Below are positions 1 to 9,242 of a stretch of DNA of 64,000 nucleotides, one piece after another. This stretch comes from Candidatus Bathyarchaeota archaeon. Its GTDB lineage: Archaea > Thermoproteota > Bathyarchaeia > Bathyarchaeales > Bathycorpusculaceae. The DNA lies in NCBI GenBank assembly GCA_963842545.1, contig CAWJGR010000030.1, positions 2,617 to 66,616 on the forward strand, in the 5' to 3' direction. The notes under the pieces are model-generated. The model ran no database searches. It saw nothing but the letters and a program-made list of their open reading frames with translations, and was not told the origin of the DNA. Numbering within the stretch: position 1 is the stretch's first letter; every line of letters starts with the position of its first letter. The translations under genes were made by a program, and so were the position numbers.

Positions 1-389
1 GTCTTTCGAAATCGATTCTTTAATAGTGTTCATTCTGTTTTTGTAAGTGATAGCTAGTTTCTCTCTTTCTTGTTCAGTGATTTTGCCTTCAGCATGAGCT
101 TCATAGAGTCGTCGTAATTGCATCTCCCAAAATATCGCGTTCTAAGATCCAAAATGCGCAATTCATCTTTTGCGCTGGAAGCCATCGTGGTTTGAACACT
201 TTTAGAAACTTTGAACGGTATATTGGAGTATTCGAGGTCCAGGTCTACTTTTTTCTGCGGTGTTTTCTTTACTGTCGAAGGGTTTTTTCCGTATCTTCTC
301 ATGGCAAAAATTACGGTTCCACAGGCGATGATTACCACTAACAATATTATTGTAACTGTTATTGGGTCATCATACCAATGCCAAGCCAT
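1..389 (-). CDS. Hypothetical single-TM membrane protein, 3' end beyond window, frameshift near 145
   Basis: ATG at 389 preceded by GAGG. N-terminal TM (ITVTIILLVVIIACGTVIFAM). After a frameshift the reading continues as approximately EREILGD..RRLYEAHAEGKITEQERE. Confidence 0.6.
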
Positions 390-569
390 GCCATCCTCGA
401 TATCTTGATTGTGCACCATGTATATATTAATTAATATAATTGCTATGTTTGGTATTCCAAGTTTAAATAAATATTGCAAGATTTGTGTACTTATTTTGTT
501 CTTCCTTAATTTCCCATTTTTTGTTTGAGAGCTAAGTTTAAATCGGAAAGCAATACACCACACATAATT

Positions 570-938
570 ATGAAGGCAATAACAATACTTGGCGGCATAG
601 CCGTAGCGGTTTTGTTCTTTTTTGCAGTGATTTTTGCGATTGCTTCATCTTATATTGGGCTAACTGCCCAAGCGGCACAGTCTAGACTAATCACCAGCGC
701 AATTTTATTCATCATTGGCTTAGCTATAGTTGTCGGCATCTACTATGTTACTCGTAAACCCAAAACTGTAATTCAGCGTCTGGAAGTTTCAGGGCAAATG
801 AAAGCAGCAACAATCAAATGCCCAAACTGCGGAGCATCAATAGATGCTAACCAAATCAAAATTGTTTCAGGTGTGCCCTATGTTAAATGCCCTTACTGCG
901 GCACCACTTTTGAGGTTACTGAGGAACCAAAATGGTAA
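570..938 (+). CDS. Two-TM membrane protein with C-terminal zinc ribbon
   Basis: ATG at 570, two hydrophobic helices, CPNC..CPYC. Stop overlaps the next ATG. Confidence 0.85.
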   Translation: MKAITILGGIAVAVLFFFAVIFAIASSYIGLTAQAAQSRLITSAILFIIGLAIVVGIYYVTRKPKTVIQRLEVSGQMKAATIKCPNCGASIDANQIKIVSGVPYVKCPYCGTTFEVTEEPKW

Positions 939-2578
939 AACGACATCTACTTTTCTAGCAGTTGTCTTAGTTAGCTATCGCCTTGGCGGTTTCAGCAGCA
1001 AGCTGTGTCAATGCCCAGAACATAGTTTACAGCGTTGACCATCAATGGGCACAAATATTCATAAACCAAGATGGCACAATTGACTTAACTTACAACATAA
1101 CATTAACAGTTATCTCAGGAGTCATTCATGGATTCTATGTTGGCCAACCAAAAAGCGACTTCACCATAGGCACAAGCAGTTGACCAATATGGAAACTCAA
1201 CTTCAAGTTTCCGATGCCAGCAGCGGCAGCGACTACAGAGTTGATGTAACTCTAAATCAGCCCTTAACGCTGGCAACTCCGTCTGGTTCACAGTTACAAC
1301 CAACGTTGCAGGCATGATAACCAATGATACACAGAACCCAGGCAACTTTGGCATGCAGTTTGCCCCAGAATGGACATGACATACCGATCAACGATGTACG
1401 AGTGCAAATTGTTCTTCCGCCAGGTGTTACTGCAAGCGATGTAAAAACTACTCAGAACTTCTACAATGGCACCTCCACAGTCGAAGGACAGATTGGCGGT
1501 TTACTGGGAAATTCCATGTTCTGCAAGCCAAACGAGCAGTATATTGTCGGGGTTTCTTTTCCAGCCAAATATCATGCCCAACTATAATCCATCCTCAAGC
1601 TCAGGCGGTCGGCTTTGGCAATTTAGGCAGCATTCTAATCGTTGAGTTGTTGTGCGCAATAATTGCAATCATTCTAATAATTGGAGTTGTTCAAGTAGCA
1701 AGCAAAAGCTCGTATTCTTCCCCAAAAGTCAGCATGGAAACCTTGGGCGTAAAACGTGGCTTAACAGCTGTTGAAGCATCTTACCTTCTAGACTTGAAGC
1801 CACACAGATTGTTACTGAAATCCTCTACAGTCTTTTGCAGAAAAGGGCAGTTTGGGCAAAAGAAACCAAACCCTCACTTAAACTGCAAGTTCTTCCGCCA
1901 TACGAAAACAAAACAGGCACCAAAGACAATCCACTGCGTTATTACGAAATTGATTTCCTAAATTCACTCAAAGCCGACGGAACATTGGATGAAGAAAAAC
2001 TTGCGCACACAATCATGTTTCTCCGCGATACAGTTGAGCAGAAAATGCAGGGTTACAGCCGAAAAGACACCGTTGACTATTACAGAAAAATTGTTGCTCA
2101 AGCTTGGACACAGGTGGAGCAAGCTGGAACGGTTGAATTGGCTTCAAACGCTTACGATGAGCAACTGCTTTGGCTTATGCTTGATCCTAACCAGCGGACA
2201 CGCACAGAAACCGTCTTCCAAAACAGAGTTATTCCAGCCAAATCCACTTTGGTTCTGGTGGTGGTACGGCTACACAACATTACCATCCAAATCCCACATA
2301 CAAACCAAACATTGAAGCACCAGCACAATCAGGTCAAACCACCCGCAATTCCAGGCGCTGAATTCGCAAACAACATAGCCACCTCAGTTGAGAAAACATC
2401 AAACAACATAGTGGTTAACATAGAAAAATTCGCCAACTCCATTGTTCCGCCACCGCCAAAAGCATCCCATGACCCAGCTCATCCCAAAGCGGACTGCGTT
2501 TGTGCTTGTGCAGCATGTGCCTGTGCTTGCGCTTGTGTTTCATGCGCTTGTGCATGTGCAGGTGGAGGTGCACATTAA
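932..2578 (+). CDS. Signal-peptide/single-TM protein (DUF2207-like ectodomain) with C-terminal Cys-Ala repeat tail; frameshifted
   Basis: Joined from ORFs 983-1183, 1324-1587, 1647-1961, 1835-2578 and 1989-2315. ATG at 932 (MVKRHLL..), beta-rich ectodomain (IFINQDGTIDLTYNITL; INDVRVQIVLPPGV), TM at about 1635-1700, 'GLTAVEASYLL' motif, ends CVCACAACACACACVSCACACAGGGAH. Confidence 0.8.
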
Positions 2579-3932
2579 ATGAGTTTTCTAAAGAATTCGT
2601 AAAGCAAAAATTCCTCTAGGACGCTACAGTTACCGTGGAACAGACAAGTTTGCGGGCATGTCTCTTCAGCTTACGAGTTGAAGCAAGATGGACAAGGAGT
2701 CATGGTGATTAACGGCAACACAGTTCTGCACCTTAAACCATACAGCAACTGCGTTTGCTTACTTTTTCATGCAGGGCTTACCCGAAAAAGATGTTTTAAA
2801 GAAAATGCGGCGGCATGTACCGCGTTAATGCTGAAACAGCAAAAGCGGATTACGAAAAACTTGTTTACACAATTAGCACATTGGCGCAAACCACAAAAAG
2901 TTGACCCAGTTACTTTTCTTGAAATCGAAAAAGAGGAGCCCTTCAGCTCACCAATATTCAGCGCCGCTACGCATGGATTTAGCTTTAACTTTCAGATGCC
3001 AAAACGACTGCGTTCACTGTTACGCTGGCGGACCACACGAAACACCAGAGTTAACAACGGCTCAGTGGAAAACGTCAATCGATAAACTCAGTGAAATCGG
3101 CGTTTTCATCTTAACATTCACAGGCGGCGAACCCACGTTGCGTGAAGATTTGCCTGAACTGCTACTGTATGCACAAAACAAAGGCATGGTTACAGGATTA
3201 ATCACGAAACGGGCGAAAACTCAAAGACAAAGCTTATGTGAAAACGCTTGAGAAGTCAGGTTTAGACTTTGTGCAAATAACGCTTGAATCTCATAAACCC
3301 CAAATTCATGACTCAATGACTAGGCGAGAAGGGCAGTTGGAAAGAAACAGTTGCAGGAATAAAAAATGCTGTTCAATCACAAATTTACGTTTCAACTAAC
3401 ACAACCCTAAGCAAACACAACGCCAGCAGATTTCTTGACAACAATCGATTTCATTAAAGGACTTGGCGTAAACGCTTTTGGCTGCAACAGCCTCATCTAC
3501 TCGGGAAAAGCACCATGCTGCAAGCCAAGAATTCGCATTAACCACTGAAGAGTTAAACATACTTCTTGCCTAAAATCCGAGATAAAGCTCACATGCTTGG
3601 CTTAAAGTTTCTCTGGTACACGCCAACTCAATACTGCCATTTTGACCCTGTACAGTTGGGTTTAGGCGTTAAATCCTGCACTGCAGCCATGATAAATGCT
3701 TGCGTTGGACCAAACGGCGACGTTTACCCATGCCAAAGCTACTTTGAAAGCCTAGGAAACATCTTAACAGAATCTTGGGAGAAAATTTGGAAAAACCCAT
3801 TGGCAGAAAAACTGCGCAAACAGAGAATATGTTGAAGAAAAATGCAAGGATTGTGCGCAACTTCAGGTTTGCGGCGGAGGATGCCCATTGGAACTGCAAA
3901 ACAGAGAGCACCAATGTACCCAGACAGGATAA
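2579..3932 (+). CDS. Radical SAM/SPASM enzyme with N-terminal PqqD/RRE-like domain; frameshifted
   Basis: CQNDCVHC motif and TGGEPTLR. SPASM cysteines CTAAMINACVGPNGDVYPC and EEKCKDCAQLQVCGGGCP. Rejoined N-terminus has the LNxTA..G....Y.V..E.A..D pattern. Confidence 0.9.
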
Positions 3933-3999
3933 TTTATCTTTAGCAAGCAACCACTTCCTTTAAAAAGCAAATAGTGCTAAATCGTGAGTTTAGAGAGAA

Positions 4000-5234
4000 A
4001 TGGTTCAACCCGACAAGCCTAGACTTGTAGTTTTCGACTTGAAGGAGTGCTTATTCCTAAAAATCGCTTCATTTTTGAAGTGGGCAAAACCTTAGGGCTA
4101 CTTGGTCTAATTAAACTTCTTTTCTTCGGTTTCCTCTATGAAACAGGCATTTCAAAGTTGGAAACAGCTTTAAAGCACATTTTCAGAAATTTAAAAGGCG
4201 TAAAGCTTGAGACTTTATTTTTTATTTTCAGTAAAATTCCAGCAACACCTTATCTTCAGAGTTTCTTTTGTCAACTTAAAGCTCGCAACTGCAAAATTGC
4301 CTTGATTAGTTCAGGAATACCCACTGTAATAGTTGAGAAATTAGCCCTTACCATAGGCGCCGACTACGCTTACGGAGTAGAGGTCGAAACCAAAGATGGA
4401 CAGTAACGGGTGAAATCTGGGGTGATGCTATCTCAAAGAACGGAAAACGTAAAATTTTATGCGAAATTTTAGATCGGGAAAATTTACAGTTGAACGATTG
4501 CATTGTCGTGGCTGACGACCGAAACAACCGTTGTATCTTTCTGCCTGAGATGTTAAAAATCGGTTTTAATCCCGATTTTGTCTTGCGTGTTAAAGCTGAC
4601 AGAGTGGTAAACGGTAAACTCTCAGGAATTCTGCCAATCATCGATGGAGAACCTCATAAGCGTTCTTTTCCGTCAACCAATGATTTTGTAAGAGAAGACA
4701 TTCATGCTTCAGGATTTTTTATGCCGGTAATTGCAGGATTAATCGGTATTCCAGTTGTAGCCTCAATAATTATCCTAATCTCTATTGTTTATACTGTGTC
4801 TGAGTTTTCACGTTTGGAAGGACGCGAATTACCCTTGATTTCCGCGATTACAAGGCATGCCGCTTCACAGTCGGAACTTTACGGTTTCGCTGCGGCACCT
4901 CTTTATTTTGCTTTTGGAATAGTGATTGACTTTGCTTTTATTTCCAACCCATGCAGGTGGGGCAGCCATCGCAATGTTTTGCTTAGGTGATAGTGCAGCT
5001 TCGCTTTTCGGAGGATTAATTTCCACTTCGTTGCCATTTAACAAGGGGAAGACTTGGGAAGGTTCTGTAGCAGGTTTCATTTTTGCTTTTTTGGCAGGTT
5101 CGTTTTTTGTTTCGCCGTGGCTGGCTTTGGCAGGGGCAGCGATTGCTATGACTATTGAGGTTTTGCCTTTGCCAGTAAACGATAATGTTTTGATTCCAGT
5201 GATTACAGGCGCAGTATTAACATTATTGATCTAA
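4000..5234 (+). CDS. HAD-family (SerB-like) hydrolase fused to CTP-dependent phytol/dolichol kinase-like membrane domain; frameshifted
   Basis: RLVVFD.EGVL motif I, ALISSG motif II, VVADDRNN. C-terminal GDSAASLFG..KTWEGS..DNVLIP kinase signature. Confidence 0.75.
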
Positions 5235-5276
5235 AAGAAATATCGCTCAAAAATTCCGATTTTGATTTTCTGGAAA

Positions 5277-5531
5277 TCATTTCTTGGTTTGGGAGAGGAT
5301 TAACTCTTGTTTTTGTTGATGGTTTAATTTTTTTATTACACGTTCACGCTTCATCGCGCTGCTTCTTGAATTGAAAAGCTCCACATACGCCAGTTTTTGG
5401 GGTTTGTGGGATTTTGTGTATCTTGCGCCTTTGCCGTTTTCATGTTGCTTTGTTCGCTCGTCCAAATTCTTTGTGTAGCCTGTATAATAGCTGCCATCCA
5501 TGCAAAGTAAAATATAAACGTAAAACGACAT
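5277..5531 (-). CDS. GIY-YIG nuclease family protein (UPF0213)
   Basis: FYVYILLCMDGSYYTGYT..R..QH..GKGARYT..A.KRE. Confidence 0.92.
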   Translation of the reverse strand: MSFYVYILLCMDGSYYTGYTKNLDERTKQHENGKGARYTKSHKPQKLAYVELFNSRSSAMKRERVIKKLNHQQKQELILSQTKK

Positions 5532-5538
5532 TTTAGCG

Positions 5539-6219
5539 TTAATACTCCTTGACGTCAGTTGGCAGATATTCATAGACTATGCCTTTCTGCATAGCTCTCT
5601 TAAGGTAACCTTCTGGATCCATTTCCTGTACTGACCCGCGATCTACATCAATTATGTAGACTTCTTGTATACGCGCATTTCGAATTTCCTCAAGAGTGAC
5701 AGGGGGTTTCTGATAGTAGACGTCGCAGAGCTTTTTGATTTGCCCTATTTCTTGTTCGGAGCGATTTCTCGGTGGCTTAGCTAAAGGAGGCGGAAAAGGC
5801 AGAATGTAATGAGGGGGAACACCTAAGGCAAATTTACCTGCAAAGCTGCTGTAACGGATTATTTTGCTAGCTAGCCGAGCGGTAGTGTAAGTTAATGGTG
5901 CTAAGGCGTATTCTGGCGGGATAAACCCTGTTTCTACTTCAACAATAAGGTTTCCTAAACCCTTGATGCCATATAAATCGCAGGTTAAGATTTCATTTAA
6001 TGGATATTCAATTTGAACTTCGTAGCCTTTAAGAATAAGGTATTTGGCACAAACAAGTTCCATTACAGAATGATTGATTTTTACCACGTTTTCTTTTTGA
6101 AGTTTGATTAGCCATTCTTTTAACATGTTAAGTTTGTTTTCAACCTCAGGCGTAGTATTATTTGTCAATTTAGACAGAAGAACAGTTAAGTCTCGATCGA
6201 ATTTTTCCCTATTACTCAT
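5539..6219 (-). CDS. Hypothetical protein with possible PD-(D/E)XK-like fold
   Basis: 226-aa ORF with E..L..KGY.V.IE..CDLYG..IVEVETG pattern. Confidence 0.7.
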   Translation of the reverse strand: MSNREKFDRDLTVLLSKLTNNTTPEVENKLNMLKEWLIKLQKENVVKINHSVMELVCAKYLILKGYEVQIEYPLNEILTCDLYGIKGLGNLIVEVETGFIPPEYALAPLTYTTARLASKIIRYSSFAGKFALGVPPHYILPFPPPLAKPPRNRSEQEIGQIKKLCDVYYQKPPVTLEEIRNARIQEVYIIDVDRGSVQEMDPEGYLKRAMQKGIVYEYLPTDVKEY

Positions 6220-6306
6220 CTTTTATACCTTTCTCTTCTATAGGTCAATATATCCTGAACTTTTTGACGTTGCCCAAACTTAGTTTTAACTTGCCATTTA
6301 CTCTTA

Positions 6307-6489
6307 TTATGCAAGGGCGGAGAGTACAAGGCGGGTGTTGGGAACGTCAACTTCAATGATTTTATAGCACTTAAACTCTTTAGCCTCACCCATTATATTT
6401 TTGACAATTATATTATCATTTTCAACTTTCGCGTAAATGACGTCTCTGAATTGGATTTTTCCATCTATAATTACGTTAAATTCACACAT
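6307..6489 (-). CDS. CooT family nickel-binding protein
   Basis: 60 aa starting MCE, with the typical DV..V..I.V.NI.GE pattern. Confidence 0.75.
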   Translation of the reverse strand: MCEFNVIIDGKIQFRDVIYAKVENDNIIVKNIMGEAKEFKCYKIIEVDVPNTRLVLSALA

Positions 6490-6708
6490 GACTAATCACA
6501 ACATTGAAGAAAAGTCTCTTCTTGGTAATAAGGGCTACCACAAGAAACAACTAACTGAAAAAGGGAACCCAATTAAATAACAACGGTTATTTTGAGAATC
6601 TAAAATGGAATGGGGGGTAAGGTGAGAGGTTAGTTCCTCTCTCTTTTTGTTTTGAATAAGTAACTAAATTTTTTACTAATAAGGGATATTTCGATTCACG
6701 TAATATAT

Positions 6709-6987
6709 CTAGGGCAACGATTTTAACAGTTGTTCTGCTTGCTGCTTATCCATACCCTTAACAATTAGTTGCTTTCGTTTGGAAGTTAAACCAGCTACAA
6801 ACTCAACCTTGGTATGTAGAAGTTTTGAGAGTTCTTTTATGATTTCCTTGTTTACCTTGCCTTTAACCGGTTCTTCAGTCGAATAGACAACGATTTCGTC
6901 TCCCTCGAACTCTACCTTAAACTTGGGAGAGTTTGGTTTAGCAAAAATTGTGAGAATTATGCCTTCTTTGGTTTCACTTATGCTCAT
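6709..6987 (-). CDS. DUF167/UPF0235 (YggU-like) protein
   Basis: AKPNS..EEPVKGKVNKEII..GLTSKRK. ATG overlaps the topoisomerase stop. Confidence 0.85.
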   Translation of the reverse strand: MSISETKEGIILTIFAKPNSPKFKVEFEGDEIVVYSTEEPVKGKVNKEIIKELSKLLHTKVEFVAGLTSKRKQLIVKGMDKQQAEQLLKSLP

Positions 6988-8642
6988 GCAGGAATGCACT
7001 CGGAATTGCAGGAGGATTGATCTTTGCCAGATTGTAGTGCCCAGCTGAATTTGTTGCGGAGCGTTTGAGGGTAGAATTTTTCGATGTCGAACTTTACTTT
7101 CTTTGCCCATTTAACGTAAGCGGTCGGGTCGATGTAAGATTTCAACGAAGTGCCCAAGTTGTATTCTTTTGTTAACTTTGTTAATTGGATGTCAAGTTTG
7201 GCTCTTTCAATCCTGGTTTCGAGTGATTCTGTTTTTTTGCCCGTTTTCTGTTTGACTTTTAGCAGTTCTTGGAGGTTTTTGAGTTTTGTTTCCTTGTCCA
7301 CTATGCGTTGGTCAAAAGTGGGGGGAATTTTGCGTTTGTGATTTGCTACTTCAGCCACTTTGAAGTTAGCCATCTTTGCCGCGAAATTCTTCTTGTAGTC
7401 AGGGTCATTTTTTGTTACTCCGCTTTTTTCTAGTTCTTCTTTTACGGTTTTTGTGCATCGCCATGTTCGGAAGACTTTGGCGGTGAGTTTGGGCATTTTT
7501 TCGGATAGGAAACGGCTGACGTGTTTTGAGTCGATGCCTTCGAAGAGGTATTCTTTGCTTGTTTTGCTGAAGTATTCGATGTTTTTGATGACTTCGGGCG
7601 GTGCTTTGTATTCTTTGACCCACCGCACGCTGTCTTTGCCTAAGAAGTCAAAGTGCAGGGTGTCGTCGACGATTTTTATGTGTTCTTTACGCAGGGTGAT
7701 TGCGCCTACGGTGTCGGCTTCGTCTGGATCTTTTTCGTCTCCGACCCTCATGTTAGGTACTAAAATAAGCCATGCTACTGTTGCGACCTTGCGTCGATTA
7801 ATATCTTTGTCGTCAAGGTTCTTGAGGATGTGCTTTTCTATTATGTTGATTTGTTTGCCTAAAGTTTCGGCTTTTTGGAATTTCTCTTTCTCGCGGTTCT
7901 GTTTTAAGAATGCTGTGTCGGAGAACCAAACATACTTAATTTTGCCCGTTAGCTTGTCTTCCCACTTTGCCACATACATCTTGTTGGGTTCCCAAACTAT
8001 TCCCTTCCAGTTTCCAGCTGGCTTTGGCATGTCTGGAGGCAAATTGAGAGTGATGTCTTGTTCGCTTGGGCCTTCTTTCCATTTTCCCCGCTGTGGATGA
8101 TCGCCTCTTCCCGCAAAAAGGCAAGATGGCTCAGCGGTCCAGTTGGCTATTTCCAACTTTTGGCCGTCAACTTCTGCGTAACCGTATTTTTCTTTGAATT
8201 CTAAACGTTTTACTTTGCGTTCTTCTGCCTGCTTCTTTTTCTCTTCTTTGCTTATGGCTTCTTTTTTGGCTTTTTCGTCAAGGATGAAACTCTTAACTTG
8301 GCTAAAATCAATTTCTTCAGCTTGGCCGCCGCTGTTGTTTTTGGTTGCTGGTGGGTTATCGATGCTTGATAGGTATTTTAGGATGAAGTTGTTTAGGTAG
8401 CCTGCTGAGGGATTTTCTTTTTTTAGCTGTTCAAGAAATTCCTTCATGAAGTTCTTGGTAAAAACTTTGTCTGGGGGAGGTATAGTTGTTGATAGAAATC
8501 GGCGGCTCCATGCCATCGCCATAGGCTCGGTTTTCTGTGTAAGTTTAATTGGTTGACCCTGAATTTTGACACTGAAACCTTTGAGGTCGTAAGGGGGAAC
8601 GTATATGCCGTTGTGTTTTAGACTTTTCATAACATGCTTCAT
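6984..8642 (-). CDS. top1: DNA topoisomerase IB (eukaryote-type)
   Basis: LKHNG, FAGRGDHP.RGKWK, MRVGDEK, FLGKDSV, AKVFRT, NHKR, and TSLKSYIDP containing the catalytic Tyr. Confidence 0.97.
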   Translation of the reverse strand: MKHVMKSLKHNGIYVPPYDLKGFSVKIQGQPIKLTQKTEPMAMAWSRRFLSTTIPPPDKVFTKNFMKEFLEQLKKENPSAGYLNNFILKYLSSIDNPPATKNNSGGQAEEIDFSQVKSFILDEKAKKEAISKEEKKKQAEERKVKRLEFKEKYGYAEVDGQKLEIANWTAEPSCLFAGRGDHPQRGKWKEGPSEQDITLNLPPDMPKPAGNWKGIVWEPNKMYVAKWEDKLTGKIKYVWFSDTAFLKQNREKEKFQKAETLGKQINIIEKHILKNLDDKDINRRKVATVAWLILVPNMRVGDEKDPDEADTVGAITLRKEHIKIVDDTLHFDFLGKDSVRWVKEYKAPPEVIKNIEYFSKTSKEYLFEGIDSKHVSRFLSEKMPKLTAKVFRTWRCTKTVKEELEKSGVTKNDPDYKKNFAAKMANFKVAEVANHKRKIPPTFDQRIVDKETKLKNLQELLKVKQKTGKKTESLETRIERAKLDIQLTKLTKEYNLGTSLKSYIDPTAYVKWAKKVKFDIEKFYPQTLRNKFSWALQSGKDQSSCNSECIPA

Positions 8643-8788
8643 TAATTAGGCACCTTTTTCGGCAAAGTTTTCTTTCCTTGCCACCTAATAGTTTAGACAT
8701 GCTTTTTTTAGGTTTCGTTGCTAAAACTTTAGCTTTCCATGACCAGTTTTCCGCAACTTAAAATATAGACCAAAACAATTGGCAATTA

Positions 8789-9196
8789 TTAGAAAAATAG
8801 TGTTTTTTGACGTTTAGCAGCCCTATCACTCTGCAATTTCTTGTAAACCATGTCTACATTTTTCCGTTCCACATAGCCCTTGTGTGGGCGAAAACCGCCT
8901 GAGAAACCGCCGGGAATATGCATGAGTTCATGAATCAAAGTTCGCTCCTTTTCCTCAGGAGTCATCTTATCAAAAATCTCTGAAATAACTTCGATGACGT
9001 AGGATGGCGGAAGGTTCAGAACGCCGTGCCAAATCTTTCCTAACCCATGAATTCGGGCTATTGTTCGGCGCGCCTTTGAGCCTTTGCTTCGCACGCAAAA
9101 AACGAATTGGGGAACTACATGGAAGAACTCGCATTCTTCTGCTAACTGATCAACTTGTTTTTTGATTTCTGGAGCCTCAAAATATTTTATCGGCAT
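8789..9196 (-). CDS. Putative metallopeptidase (HExxH)
   Basis: TLIHELMHIP motif; ARIHGL..YVIEVISE.FD. Confidence 0.8.
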   Translation of the reverse strand: MPIKYFEAPEIKKQVDQLAEECEFFHVVPQFVFCVRSKGSKARRTIARIHGLGKIWHGVLNLPPSYVIEVISEIFDKMTPEEKERTLIHELMHIPGGFSGGFRPHKGYVERKNVDMVYKKLQSDRAAKRQKTLFF

Positions 9197-9242
9197 GCAT
9201 CCCTCTCCCCTTACCATGTGATATGTTGTTTTGGTTAAAAAG

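Noticed and set aside
2495-2560. TGTGC-like DNA microsatellite
   Set aside because: Synonymous codon variation indicates a protein-level Cys-Ala repeat.
5277-5531. GIY-YIG as a homing endonuclease or mobile element
   Set aside because: Short stand-alone UPF0213-type protein with no intron/intein context or flanking repeats.
7453-8100. 215-aa plus-strand ORF and many other antisense ORFs in the track
   Set aside because: Shadow frames of well-supported genes (top1, ATPase, carB, ftr and others) with no motifs of their own.
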